Positions 1 to 10,738 of a stretch of DNA of 64,000 nucleotides are shown here, one piece after another. Below the pieces are notes generated by a model. The model was not told where the DNA came from and did no database searches. It saw nothing but the letters and a program-made list of their open reading frames with translations. The position numbers and the translations under genes are program-made. Numbering within the stretch: position 1 is the first letter of the stretch; each line of letters starts with the position of its first letter. The stretch is from a virus: positions 1-64,000 of the IMG/VR virus record IMGVR_UViG_3300010885_040738, one strand, 5' to 3'.

Positions 1-2
1 CA

Positions 3-506
3 GCGAAGGGTGAAATCACGATCAACACAATGGGGACGATAACAACGTGGCAGGCCGCAGACTGCTTGTGTCCGATCCTGCGAGGGCCGTCTGTATCGTC
101 CCCTGGCACCGGCAACATGCCAGAGGGGAACAAGTGCGTAGATCCAGTAGTTGATAACAAAACGGGCGTTTGGAGCGCGTACTCAATCAGAAAGAACATC
201 CCGCAGGCTCCTGACTGGAAACACAGAACGCCCGCTCAGCCGTATGTGTGCGACACGCTGCCTGAAGGCATGGCGCAGTGTTATTCGCTCGCCTGTAGTC
301 CCGCTGGCGAGGCAATCGGACCAGATGGCAAGCCGACGGGCGTGATGCTGGCGTCTTGCCGCTGCCCGATAAATGAATCGCCAAACGGGCAGGCAATCGA
401 CGTGGCGACAACACCGATAATCACTCAAGCCGCAACCTGCAACCTGCCGGTTGGCGGGCCGGCGCCGGAAGTGAAGAGTAAAGCGGCTTCGTTCATGGCG
501 CCTTAA
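3..506 (+). CDS. Cys-rich hypothetical protein, probably 5'-truncated by the window edge
   Basis: Frame is open from position 3; 9 Cys in the 158-aa ORF; followed by a terminator. Confidence 0.6.
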   Translation, partial: AKGEITINTMGTITTWQAADCLCPILRGPSVSSPGTGNMPEGNKCVDPVVDNKTGVWSAYSIRKNIPQAPDWKHRTPAQPYVCDTLPEGMAQCYSLACSPAGEAIGPDGKPTGVMLASCRCPINESPNGQAIDVATTPIITQAATCNLPVGGPAPEVKSKAASFMAP

Positions 507-540
507 ATGAATTAGCTTCATCCCCTGTTGTACGCTCCCT

Positions 541-567
541 GCCCCCGGCTCGTCACCGGGGGCTTTT
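541..567 (+). terminator. Intrinsic terminator
   Basis: GCCCCCGG-loop-CCGGGGGC then TTTT, between convergent genes. Confidence 0.7.
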
Positions 568-626
568 CACGTTTGCCTGTTTGACATTCAGCACAACCTC
601 ATGGCAGCCATGGCTCAGGCAGTGAC

Positions 627-878
627 TCATATGGCATCAATCAGCGTGCTACTTGGCGATTGCATTGACGACTCCCGCACGGCCTTATTGCGTCGACCCA
701 TTGTCTCGTTGTCCACCATCCGAATGTCTTTGTTTTGATAGGTCCAGCAGAGGCCGTCAGCGACCGAGAAGCAGACCCAGAGAAGATCATGGTCTGGCCC
801 GTAGTCCAGCATGACGTGGGCGTGGGCGAAGCCTTTTGGGGTCCAGAAGGGGAGTGGTGGATTGAGTTGGATGCTCAT
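627..878 (-). CDS. Conserved phage hypothetical protein
   Basis: QLNPPLP..TPKG..DYGPDHDLLWVCF pattern typical of small phage proteins; overlaps the upstream stop. Confidence 0.7.
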   Translation of the reverse strand: MSIQLNPPLPFWTPKGFAHAHVMLDYGPDHDLLWVCFSVADGLCWTYQNKDIRMVDNETMGRRNKAVRESSMQSPSSTLIDAI

Positions 879-1366
879 CGCCAGCCTTCCAGTTCAATCC
901 GATGCTTTCCTGTAGTCGTGACGCCGCAGATATAAGCCACTTCCCCGTTACGCAACATCCGCGCCAGCTTCAGCGGTATCTCGACCTGGCGTGCGCAGCA
1001 GCGACACTCCCATAGCGTCAGTCGCAGCTTGTCGGCTGGATCTTCTTTGGTCTGCATGGCGGCCCTCAGCTTTTGATGCTCACGGTGATCGCCAGTTCAT
1101 CCCGCATCTGAACGATGGAGAAGTTCTTGGCCAGCCTGAGCGTGATCCCGGCAATAAGCTCAGGGACGGCTCGGTCAAGTTCCTCGGCAATGGCGCTTCT
1201 GGCGGCGTCCATGTGCTTTTTCGTCACCCGGGCGACTTCGTCGTTTACCGCCCTGCGGATCGCATTTTCCAGGCTCGCGAGTGTCAGTTCGTTTAATCCT
1301 TGGCTCATCCGTTTCCGTCCAGTCCGTACATGTCGCGGTGCATGGCCTCCGCGGCTTCTTTCAACG

Positions 1367-2155
1367 TTATCCGTCTATCGCACATCCGCAGCCGCTCCCT
1401 TCGTCGGCAAAATTCAAACAGTCAAATTGCCTCGCTTCAACGCGCTCGCGAAGGACACGCAACGTAAGCGGCTTTGTCTTCCCGCCAGTTCGATCACGCA
1501 GGATCGCCACATCCTTGCCTACCATGGCGCGGAACTTTTGTTCGTTTGTTTCCCAGTAGTCAAACACGGCAGGACGCTTCACCAGGAGATTGATAAAGCC
1601 TTTCTGCCCCTGTTTGATACACCCCCCCCCGCAGTTGTCGTGGGCAAAGCCGTCATCATAACTATCGGACGGCTCAATCCCCTTGGCTCGCATGAATGCC
1701 AGCATGTCGGCCTTGGTCTCTTTTTGAGGACCCATTGCAGGAGCCTGCACTTTCCAACCCTTAGCTCGCATCCGCGCTCGAAATCTGACGTACCTGTCAC
1801 GCTCGCCGTATGAAAGCCCCGCACACAGCACCGTGTTCCGACGATTGCAGTTCTCATTGCACCACCGGTCAAGCAATTCCCGCTTCAGGATTCGGCTGCA
1901 AAGGTCTACGCGAGTATTCCCCATCATGCGGTTTTCAAAGAATACATCCCAAGGCGTACGCCCATCAGCAATACGAGTGACCACTACTCCAAGGTCTTCG
2001 CTGGCATCGCCGAGAAAGCGATAAAGGTCGTGGTGCTCAATCAGCGTATCAGCAAACAACAGCGTCACGCTTTTGGTCCCGTGACGGTCAATCAAACGCC
2101 TCGCAGCCACGTAGCTGCACATGCCGCCGCTGAAAGACATGACGAAGCGCGTCAT
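1367..2155 (-). CDS. PAPS-reductase-like PP-loop protein (phage family)
   Basis: SFSGG..S PP-loop, LLFADT..E..DLYRFL, HDNCGGGCIK Cys cluster; start reassigned to ATG 2155. Confidence 0.8.
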   Translation of the reverse strand: MTRFVMSFSGGMCSYVAARRLIDRHGTKSVTLLFADTLIEHHDLYRFLGDASEDLGVVVTRIADGRTPWDVFFENRMMGNTRVDLCSRILKRELLDRWCNENCNRRNTVLCAGLSYGERDRYVRFRARMRAKGWKVQAPAMGPQKETKADMLAFMRAKGIEPSDSYDDGFAHDNCGGGCIKQGQKGFINLLVKRPAVFDYWETNEQKFRAMVGKDVAILRDRTGGKTKPLTLRVLRERVEARQFDCLNFADEGSGCGCAIDG

Positions 2156-2177
2156 TTTCTTGGCTCCCCCATGCGCG

Positions 2178-3254
2178 TCACGGGTACACCCGCAGCACGC
2201 GGAACGGAAGGCCCTGGCGCTTGAAGAACTCGCCCGGCGGATAGGCTTCGTTGAAAGCGTCGAGCGCCGCTGGGTCAGTTGGCCGGAGCGCATCCCGCAT
2301 CTTCTCATACCGAAGCAGCATGTCCGCAGTCTCCCAGCTGGTGCGGCCATCCTGAGCGCGGAAGTAAATCTTGTGGTCTTTCTTCCCTCCGCTGCGGATC
2401 GCCACGCCGGCGCGCACCCCGACGGCTTCCTTGATGCGCTCCTTCACGTCCTCGTACAGAGCGTCCTCCTGCTCAAACCGCTCTTTCACCTGCACGTACT
2501 CAGTGAGCAGCGGCCGGAGATCGTCCGCGTAGGGAAGCTTGTCCTTGTCGCCGGTCTCGCCTTCGCTGCGGAAGATCCCGCCTTGGCAACCTTGCCGCCA
2601 CTGGCAAGTGCCACAACGCTTGTCGTCCGGCTCCAGCCGCTTTGGGGCTTTCTCTTCGTCGCCCAAGGTAGCCCAGAACCGCGCCCCGACGGCCGTGATC
2701 GCCTCGTGAATGTCCAGATTGCGATCTACGCACCAGGCCAGCGGCGGGTTCTTGATGTCGTGGCCATAGGCGCGGTTCCCGACGATGAACTTCCCCCACG
2801 ACAGCCCGCGGCAAAGCATGCCGTGCTGGACCTGGAGCTCGTAGTCCACGATAATCCCGTCGCGTTTCGTCTTGTAGAACATCTCGGGCCCCAGAGCCTT
2901 GATCTCGCCGGCGCCGGTAGTGTCGTGATTCCGGTCCTGCACCTCGCGGTCAATATTGACCAGCAACTCCGGATTGTTCGGGTGGCGGATGGTGCCGATC
3001 TCGGAGAGGATGTCGCCGGTCGCCTCCATGTGCCACTCCGCAATCACCGGCTCCAGAATGCGACCCAAGCGCATCGGCCCGGAGTCGTCCTGCGGGTAGT
3101 CGGCTGGGATGCCGGACTTGTCCAGCCATAATTTTCGCTGACAGCCGTACTTTACCTCCTTCTGCAGGTATGGCTGCAAAAGGCTGGCAATGTCGCTGCC
3201 CCCTATACCGGTCTTCCGGTTATTGAGAAATTCTTGGCGTTCTTGTGCGTTCAT
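2178..3254 (-). CDS. YqaJ-like viral recombinase exonuclease
   Basis: RKTGIGGSD, G..LEP.I, NIDR, EIK, YELQVQHGM motifs. Confidence 0.9.
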   Translation of the reverse strand: MNAQERQEFLNNRKTGIGGSDIASLLQPYLQKEVKYGCQRKLWLDKSGIPADYPQDDSGPMRLGRILEPVIAEWHMEATGDILSEIGTIRHPNNPELLVNIDREVQDRNHDTTGAGEIKALGPEMFYKTKRDGIIVDYELQVQHGMLCRGLSWGKFIVGNRAYGHDIKNPPLAWCVDRNLDIHEAITAVGARFWATLGDEEKAPKRLEPDDKRCGTCQWRQGCQGGIFRSEGETGDKDKLPYADDLRPLLTEYVQVKERFEQEDALYEDVKERIKEAVGVRAGVAIRSGGKKDHKIYFRAQDGRTSWETADMLLRYEKMRDALRPTDPAALDAFNEAYPPGEFFKRQGLPFRVLRVYP

Positions 3255-3308
3255 TTCCTTACCTTTCCGGGGATTTACTGTTTCCAGTCACCCTGTCTCA
3301 CATTCCCA

Positions 3309-3374
3309 ACTCTACACCCCAAAACTGCCCCGTGCAAGATTTTTCTTGCAATACTCAAAGCCGTCGGATAGACT
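3309..3374. promoter_or_regulatory. Back-to-back sigma70-type promoters with a central inverted repeat
   Basis: + strand TTGCAA(3346)-N17-TAGACT; - strand TTGCAC-N17-TAGAGT; TGCAAGA-N4-TCTTGCA at 3333-3350. Confidence 0.7.
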
Positions 3375-3381
3375 TCAAATT

Positions 3382-3546
3382 GTGAAACCTGCAACGAAAG
3401 AGCCGCTGGTTCCGATCGCGACTCGGTTGCCAAAATCCATGGTGGCGGAGATCCGGCGGATAGCCGAAACTACCGACGTCAAGATTCAGGCCCTCGTGCG
3501 AGGATGGATTGCGGTCGGCCTCACGGCTGCGAAAGGTAAAAAGTAA
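3382..3546 (+). CDS. Ribbon-helix-helix DNA-binding protein, probably leaderless
   Basis: VPIATRLPKSMVAEIRRIA..IQALVRGWI RHH pattern; GTG 7 nt after the -10 box. Confidence 0.65.
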   Translation: MKPATKEPLVPIATRLPKSMVAEIRRIAETTDVKIQALVRGWIAVGLTAAKGKK

Positions 3547-5043
3547 ATGACACCCACAATACTGCCCAAGCCCGAATACGGCCGGCTCTACGGCATCACC
3601 CATGACCCTGAAAGCAGATTGCCACTGGCGCGTGTAAAGCGCGTGCTGAAGGTCGGCATCGGCATCCCGAAGGGCCGCGCCATTCAGGTCTTTCTGCATG
3701 ACGACAAATGGCATATTCGACATGGCGCGTGGGAGGCGCAGCAGGGCAGCAATAAGCAGCGTCTGGTGATGAAGACCGTGTTTGTCGGCGGCAAGGACGG
3801 AACCCCGAACACGAAAGAAGCAGCCAAGGCGTTCCACGAGAAGTGGAAAAGCAAGGCAGCCGTCTCCAATCGGCCGCAAAAACAGCCGTGGTTCGGGTTC
3901 ACCGAGCGCAGTGTCACCGAGGACCCCGACACAGGCAAACCGGTTGAGACGTTTGAGCCTGATTTTGACGCGATTGAGGCCCACGGAAATCGCCCTCGCC
4001 GGATTCGCGTTGTCATTACCTCGGACAACCCATTGCGCCAGGCCGACGAGTGGTGGACCGCATCCGAACTGAAGTGCCGCGGCGACGGCCTGATCGCCGA
4101 GCGTGTCCTGTCTGCCGGGTCGGAAAAAGACGAATACTGGAAGATGGCGAAGGCTGCGGGGATGAAAGTCTTTCCGTACACCAAATGCCGTCTGGGCGGG
4201 TGCGAACACGCAGGCGTTGACTGCAAGCAGCACTCGACGCTGGAAATCCAGCTGGCGTACTCGCTCCGCCTCGGTGCCACCGCGTATTTCACGTCGACCG
4301 GCGGCGTCACAGCCAGCCAGTTGCATTCTTCTTTGATTGCGATCCGGGAACCCTTGGAGCGCATGGGCTACGGGATTGTCGGCGCCGAAATGGACCTCGT
4401 TCTCGGCAACTTCAAGGCCAACCACGAGGGCAAGCCGTCCATCCAGCCGTGCGTCAGCCTGGAGCTCACCGCCAATAGCGCCAAAGCTTTAATGGCGACG
4501 ATGAAAGACAGTTCGTGGACTCCGGCCAAACTTGGCTCTGGCGTCCGCATGATCGCCGCCGCCGAAGAGGAAACCATGGAAGACGCCAGCGTTCGCGCCA
4601 GCAGTGTCATGGCGGAGTTTTCCGACGTGCAGGAAGCTGACTTTGATGACGAAGAGCCTGTTGTGGCGGCTGACAATGACGCCTCCGAGACTGCGGCGAA
4701 GGCCGGGCAGGCGACAGTCTCCGGACTCGGGAGCACACTCAAAGCGGCTTTGGCGGCTGAAAGTGCGGGCCCGGTGGCGTCCGGTACCGCTGGCCCGGTA
4801 GCCTCTGCGCCCGCCTTGGTCGCCGACGCTCTCTGGGGCAGCAAAGAATCCATGGCCGCCTCGATGCTGGAGCAGAAGAACCGCGTCGGCTCCGAAGTCT
4901 TTAACGGGTGCCTAGCCACGCTCGGCATCAAACAGATTGACGATCTGGACCACCAGTCCGATACAGTGGTCGCGATGTACGCAGCCGTCAAAAAGCTGGC
5001 CGATGCACCGAAAGCTGGCAAGGCGAAGACAAACCTGTTCTAG
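3547..5043 (+). CDS. Phage Gp3/recombination-directionality-factor-like protein
   Basis: LKCRGDG..A, Cys cluster, CKQHSTLEIQL and YFTSTG..T motifs; lies among recombination genes. Confidence 0.6.
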   Translation: MTPTILPKPEYGRLYGITHDPESRLPLARVKRVLKVGIGIPKGRAIQVFLHDDKWHIRHGAWEAQQGSNKQRLVMKTVFVGGKDGTPNTKEAAKAFHEKWKSKAAVSNRPQKQPWFGFTERSVTEDPDTGKPVETFEPDFDAIEAHGNRPRRIRVVITSDNPLRQADEWWTASELKCRGDGLIAERVLSAGSEKDEYWKMAKAAGMKVFPYTKCRLGGCEHAGVDCKQHSTLEIQLAYSLRLGATAYFTSTGGVTASQLHSSLIAIREPLERMGYGIVGAEMDLVLGNFKANHEGKPSIQPCVSLELTANSAKALMATMKDSSWTPAKLGSGVRMIAAAEEETMEDASVRASSVMAEFSDVQEADFDDEEPVVAADNDASETAAKAGQATVSGLGSTLKAALAAESAGPVASGTAGPVASAPALVADALWGSKESMAASMLEQKNRVGSEVFNGCLATLGIKQIDDLDHQSDTVVAMYAAVKKLADAPKAGKAKTNLF

Positions 5044-5200
5044 GGGCGCACAAAAAACAACATCTGCACCTCTCTAAAGGGGCAGGAGGCTGGAGCATGG
5101 ACCGCATCCGTCTGGCGGACATGCTCGGGGCGCGTGTTCTTCCGAGCGTGCATGCCGATTCGGAAGGAAAAACCAAAACACAGGAAAGCGTAAGCCATAA

Positions 5201-6676
5201 ATGCGAATCAAATCAATCACCATCACGAACCTCGGGCCGTTTGAAAACTTTACGGCCAACTTCCCAGCGGTCGCCATTATCACGGGAGCCCACGGCGTCG
5301 GCAAGTCCAGCCTGGAGAACATTATCAAATACGCGATGGGTCGCCGGCCGCTTGCGACGAACTCTCGCGGGATCGAGCACGACCTGAAAATCCTGAAGAC
5401 CGGGACCGACAAAGGGGAGGCGGTCATCACGTTTGACGAGGGCGACATTGAAAGCCTCCGCGTGACCGTGACGAAGACATCCACAGATCGCAAGATCAAG
5501 ACTCGTGGCGGGAAGTCATGGCAGGCAGCTGGCTCTGGGATTGACGAAATTACGTCGGCGCTGGCGTATGACCCCATGCAGTTTGGGAAACTGGCGCCAA
5601 AAGAACGGCTCGAAGCCTTCCTTCGCGTGGTCCCGGTGAACGTCACAAAGCAGGAGATCGAGGCGGCCGTCGCCGGTGTCATGCCGGTGGGGGGAGATCC
5701 CGGGCTCGACACGATCAACTCCATGTACGAGGACATCTACGCAGCCAGAAGCCGATGCAACGCTTCTGCCGACACGCAGGAGAAGTACGCGCTCGGGCTG
5801 GAGTCTACGCTTCCGCCTCCGACGGCGTCGGGCCAAGACTGGACAAACGAAGCACGCAAGTTTCGTCAGGACCATATCGTCCTCGAAGAGTCCGAGCAGG
5901 AAGAACTCGGCCGCATCGCCGCAGAACTGCAGACAAAGCGCGTCAAAAATGCGGACAAGCAGGCGACGGAGAATGAGGGTATTGACGCCGAAGCCGCCGG
6001 GCTTATTGACGAGGTCGAGAAGCGGATTGCGGAGATGCGCGAGCAGCAGGCTCGGATTCGGACTGGCGTAGCGACGGCCAAGGGGCTGACAGCGAAAGAG
6101 AGATCCGACGCGGACGCCACGGCTCAGGCCGACGCGGACCGTGAGTCTCGCGAGATCCAGTCCAGCAACGCCCCGCGTAAAGCTGAACTTATGGCGCAGA
6201 TCACTACCGCAGAAGAGCGTGCGTCCGCCATGCAGCGTGCAGCCGGGGCCCGAGATGCCGCAGCCAGGGCACGGGCCGAGGCCGGTTTAGCTAAGGCTGA
6301 GTCTGCGGAGATGACGCAGGCTCTTGTGAGTCTGCAGGCGTTGAAGAGCACCGTTGCCGGCCGCATGTCCATCAAAGGCGTCACCATCGCCAGCGCTCGC
6401 GAGGGCTTGCCGGTCGACATCTGCCGGGAAGAAGATGGCGGCCTGGTGCCGTTTGAAAGCTGGAACGATGCAGACAAAGACACGTTCTGCCTTCGCATGG
6501 CGATTCTCCACAGTGGGCTGTGCGGTCTGGTCTGCATGGACAACATGGGAAACTGGTCTCCTGCCCGGCAGGACGCTATCATCGCCCAGTGCAAAGAATA
6601 CGCGGTGGAAAAAGGCATGCAGTTTCTTCTTGGGCGCGCTTCTGACGAAGGCTTGCTTCAGATTGTGGAGGTGTAG
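5201..6676 (+). CDS. SMC/RecN-like AAA ATPase with coiled coil
   Basis: MRIKSITITNL start, Walker A GAHGVGKS, long coiled coil, degenerate C-terminal Walker B (CMDN). Confidence 0.8.
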   Translation: MRIKSITITNLGPFENFTANFPAVAIITGAHGVGKSSLENIIKYAMGRRPLATNSRGIEHDLKILKTGTDKGEAVITFDEGDIESLRVTVTKTSTDRKIKTRGGKSWQAAGSGIDEITSALAYDPMQFGKLAPKERLEAFLRVVPVNVTKQEIEAAVAGVMPVGGDPGLDTINSMYEDIYAARSRCNASADTQEKYALGLESTLPPPTASGQDWTNEARKFRQDHIVLEESEQEELGRIAAELQTKRVKNADKQATENEGIDAEAAGLIDEVEKRIAEMREQQARIRTGVATAKGLTAKERSDADATAQADADRESREIQSSNAPRKAELMAQITTAEERASAMQRAAGARDAAARARAEAGLAKAESAEMTQALVSLQALKSTVAGRMSIKGVTIASAREGLPVDICREEDGGLVPFESWNDADKDTFCLRMAILHSGLCGLVCMDNMGNWSPARQDAIIAQCKEYAVEKGMQFLLGRASDEGLLQIVEV

Positions 6677-6678
6677 TA

Positions 6679-7920
6679 GTGGCTACCAATAAACGACGGA
6701 TGGTGCTGGCTTGCTTGCTGGCTCCCTTGGCGAACAGGAGGGAAGCTGATGCGCAGGATCTTCACCTTCAAACAACAATCGGCGTAAAGACTTTGGAGAT
6801 CCAGCCTTTTGGTCTGTCCATTGTGTTGCAAAACAACGGCCCCAATACGCCGATGCTGAGTGTGGAAGCCATCGGCCGCAAGGTCACCTTCACCACCAAA
6901 GAGGTCATGGATATTTTGGAGGGCGCGTAGGCTGTGCCGCACTTTCGCCCCGGTGACGTAGTAGACCACATTGACGGCTGGGAGGGCGTGGGCCGGCACG
7001 AACTCCCAGTGATTGAGCGAGTCAACTCAACAGAATTTCCGGATGATCCGGTGGCGTTTTTCGTCGGTGGTGGTTTCTGGCGTACGAGTCGGCTGGTGGT
7101 TGTGGAAAGGGCGGCAGCTTATTCAAACGTAGTGACGCACACGCCCGGCGACAGCAAACTGTCTATCGTCGGGCCAATCGGCCAAAGTCTGGACCGGGAG
7201 CAGCGTGTCATTCAACTTACCAACGCGGACGGGTCCGTCGAGATAGGGCTTGGCGATTTCAGTGGGCTGATAAAGTTCGGAGCAGTGGCGGGGAATCCGC
7301 CGGAAAGAGTGGAAAGTGATTCAAGCAAATAACGTACGACCGGTAACCAAACTCCGGGACGTGAAAAAGTGTACCGGCTCCATCATGTGCGAATTGCACG
7401 AGCGACACGTTGCCAACATGAAAGAGGATGCGGAGGCGGCCGTTGCCACTGTAACTCTGGCGTGGGAGGGTGCATTAAAAGACTACGCGGACGCAGTCGG
7501 TCGTGTTGCCCTGCGCGACAAAGAGATTGCAGCCCTTTATAACCTTGTTGATCGCCACAAGCACCGCTTTCAAATGGCCATGGGTGTCACCGGGCTGGTG
7601 ATTGCTTGGGCTTGGTATCAGGTTGGGGGTGGCAGGTGAGCGGGTCAATTCTAAATATCTTACTGGCGCTGCTCAACGTTGCCATACTCATCGCAACCAA
7701 CAGGATCGTCGCTGCCATCGACCGCCAGACTAAAGCAGTTTATCTGGACGACGACGTCACCAACGCGCTGAAGGAATGCGCCGCCGACCTCGAAGCGGAG
7801 ATTAAGGCGCGCAACAGCAACGATATGCTGGGCTACCCGACAGTGCGCCAGAAGTATGACCGGGACATGATCCCCGTCGTCAAGGCCCGGGCTGCACTGC
7901 GGAATGCGGGGGCACTGTGA
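6679..7920 (+). other. Four small hypothetical genes (6679-6930, 6934-7332, 7316-7639, 7636-7920)
   Basis: Tightly packed co-oriented ORFs; two have hydrophobic segments. Confidence 0.6.
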
Positions 7921-8086
7921 AGCACTGCCTGCGCGTTCTTGCTATTGACATGACTACAAACACGATGACACTGGAGGGTGTGCCAGACATCAAGAGTGGC
8001 GACATCATATCGTTTAACGAAGAAACGATGACGGTTTTGGTAATGCCAGGGACTGATGCCGTCACGAAGACCGACGGTTAATAGCC

Positions 8087-9628
8087 ATGGCCTTCATTCT
8101 CCGCCCTCACCAGGCCCATGACTTTGAACTGCTGCGCGAAAAGGTGGCAGAACACCGCGCCGTGCTACTGGTGGCTCCTTGCGGCTACGGCAAGGGCGTT
8201 GTAACGACCAAGATCATTGACGGCACGATGAAGAAGGGGAAGCACGTACTTTTTTTGGTACACGGCCGAGACAGAGTCGCGGACATGGAAGACCGCGTAA
8301 CGAAGCTCGGAATTCCCCATGGCATTCTGATGGGATCTCGCCGGCGGGAGCGTCACCACCTTGTCCAGATCGCCAGCAGCGACACCGTGTACCGAATGCC
8401 GCATAAGCCAAAGGCGGATTTGATCATCATTGACGAAACCCACCTTGCGATGAGCCCGACGTTCCGGGCCGTCCTGGACTTCTACCCTGACGCCAAGATA
8501 ATTGGGCTGACCGCTACGCCGGTCCTTGGCAACGGCAAAGGGCTGGGCAAGGCTTCCGGCGGGATCTATGACTCCATGATCGTCGGGCCGTCAGTGAAAG
8601 ACCTCGTAAGCGAAGGGTATCTGGTGGGCTCTCGGGTGATGGCTCCGCCGCCGCCTGCAGAGCTGAAGAATTTGAAGAAGAAAAAGACCGGCGACTTTGA
8701 CGGCGAACAAGGTGCTGCGATTTGCGACAACCGCAAGGTCATCGGCGACATAATCGAGCACTGGAAACTGTACTCCAGGGACCGAAAGACTGCTGTGTTT
8801 GCGTTCAATCAAAAGTACGCTTATCACATTGCCGAGCAGTTTCGCGAACAGGGCATCAACTGGGCCTACGTGGACGCGGACACGCCCGACGGCGACATTC
8901 ATACGCCCGGGACGCGCAAGTTTATCTGGCACCAGTACGACCATGGTGACTTAGTCGGGGTGAGCTCTGTAGGCTGTATTTCTATCGGCTGGGACCATAG
9001 CATCTGCAAAAGCCTGATTTTCGCTGCCAAGACTACCAGTTTCCCGCTGTACCACCAGCGCCTTGGGCGCGGCTCCAGACCGCACAAGGGGTACTCTGAC
9101 TTTCTTGTTTTGGATCATACCGGCAACCTGTACGAGCACGAGGAACAGGGTCCTTACTTTGAGTCCGACATCAAGTGGCAACTGAACGGTGATGGCGTCA
9201 AAAAGCACGACGAAGACGACCCGGCCCCGCGTGTCTCCACATGCAAGCGCCCGCAGCCCATACCTGACGGCGGGGTGCCTTCGTGGTTTAAGGGCCAGAC
9301 GACAAACGGCTACATGCTCTGCTGCTACCTGACTTTCAAGGCCGGACCCCGGGAGTGTCCACGTTGCGGCTTGCCGATTGCTGTTGATCAGCCAGACATC
9401 AAGGTTGAAGACGGTCACCTTGAAGAAATTACGGAGGGCATGAAGCAGGAGGCGGAGGAGAAGCGGGCGCGGATCGCCGAGCACAAGCAAAAATATCTGG
9501 AAATGTATCTGGAGGGCGTACAAAAAAAGTACAAAAGTGGCTGGGCTTCGATAAGATATAAAGCAGAGTTCGGCCAGTGGCCGGCGAGACAGTGGAAGGC
9601 GGAAGCCTTAGAAATGGTGACCGAGTGA
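8087..9628 (+). CDS. Superfamily II DEAD/DEAH helicase (RadD/YejH-like)
   Basis: APCGYGKG, IIDETH, LTATP, QRLGRGSR, LDHTGN motifs and a Zn finger. Confidence 0.9.
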   Translation: MAFILRPHQAHDFELLREKVAEHRAVLLVAPCGYGKGVVTTKIIDGTMKKGKHVLFLVHGRDRVADMEDRVTKLGIPHGILMGSRRRERHHLVQIASSDTVYRMPHKPKADLIIIDETHLAMSPTFRAVLDFYPDAKIIGLTATPVLGNGKGLGKASGGIYDSMIVGPSVKDLVSEGYLVGSRVMAPPPPAELKNLKKKKTGDFDGEQGAAICDNRKVIGDIIEHWKLYSRDRKTAVFAFNQKYAYHIAEQFREQGINWAYVDADTPDGDIHTPGTRKFIWHQYDHGDLVGVSSVGCISIGWDHSICKSLIFAAKTTSFPLYHQRLGRGSRPHKGYSDFLVLDHTGNLYEHEEQGPYFESDIKWQLNGDGVKKHDEDDPAPRVSTCKRPQPIPDGGVPSWFKGQTTNGYMLCCYLTFKAGPRECPRCGLPIAVDQPDIKVEDGHLEEITEGMKQEAEEKRARIAEHKQKYLEMYLEGVQKKYKSGWASIRYKAEFGQWPARQWKAEALEMVTE

Positions 9629-9928
9629 CTGCAGAAGCAGAAGTAGTACCAGCAACGCCCAAAAGACTTCCCAGGTGCAACCAGTGCGCCCACATGAGGG
9701 GCAAGTTGTACGAGGCGGAGTCTTTGCTCAAGGCCAAGACGTTGCCACTCAACAATCGAGCGCGTAAGCATCTGGACGCGATCAACGGCCGGATTGAGTG
9801 GCTGGAACAGCGGAAGTCGGCTGGCGGCGTTGGGCACAAGCTGGAGCGTGAGGAAAGCGCTTTGCGGTATGCGGTGAATGTGATTATTGCGTTCGGCTCA
9901 GTGCCGGAGAAAGTGGCAGAGGTGTTCA

Positions 9929-10102
9929 GTGGCAAATAAAGAAACTACCGCGGTAGTCAGCAGAGAGGGCGTTGATTACGTGATGGACGTAGCCAAGGCC
10001 GCCGGGCAGGACGCGCTCACAATCGGCCTGAGCGACGAGAAGTCCGCCGTCAATTTCAACGCCCCTGGGTTTGTGGCGGCCGTCATGCCGCTGAGGCTGT
10101 GA
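9929..10102 (+). CDS. 57-aa fragment resembling the C-terminus of the beta sliding clamp
   Basis: DYVMDV...LSDEKSAV...AAVMPLRL resembles DnaN YVLDV...VVMPMRL; GAGGT upstream of GTG. Confidence 0.55.
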   Translation: MANKETTAVVSREGVDYVMDVAKAAGQDALTIGLSDEKSAVNFNAPGFVAAVMPLRL

Positions 10103-10489
10103 TCCATGGGCCTCGCATGGTTGTTGTTTCCGCCGATCCACGACGTTGTGGTTGTTGAAGCGCCGCCGGTAACGTGCGCAACGTGTGGGCGTGACCTGGC
10201 CGGGCTGCTGGGGTGCCCGGAGTGCTTGGCTAAAGTGGTGGTTTTCGATTCGGGGGTGGTGCGTGAGTAAAGGCAGCCCCGTAATCCACATCGCACCTGA
10301 CCTGTCGTATTTATTTCCCAACACGAGAGCAGCCGCCACGGTTTTGTGCGGGCGGCTGTCGCAGAACAGCGCGGCGTCGGAGAGGAGCCAGAAGGCGAGG
10401 TTCGCCGCAGCGGGATTGTCCCGCCAATACCTTATCCCCGGTGGTCAAGACCGGCGTAGCCCCCGCGTGGGGCCGTGCGGCGAAATCCC

Positions 10490-10738
10490 ATGATAACGCA
10501 AAGAGGATCGCCCCGATTCGTCGGGGCTGAACTGAAGGAATCGTATTACAACCAGGCGACCAGCCGCGATCATGGACGCGATCTCGAAGGTGGGGAAATG
10601 ATACCGGAGTACCTGCATTGCCTCGGGGTTACCAAAACCGGGGAGCCGATTCATCCGTTGTACGTTTCGTATGCGGTTCAGCCGCAGGTGTGGAAAAGTA
10701 ATGTGGGCGAGAGCCCGGAGGTGTGTAATGCAAAGTGA
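10490..10738 (+). pseudogene. Remnant of a DUF1643-like gene
   Basis: Only the C-terminal CLGVTKTGEPIHPLY motif is present. Confidence 0.45.

Noticed and set aside
2121-5021. Long antisense ORFs (e.g. 2121-3131, 3355-4425, 3684-4364)
   Set aside because: Shadows of real genes in high-GC DNA, with no motifs or RBS, unlike the same-strand methyltransferase overlap
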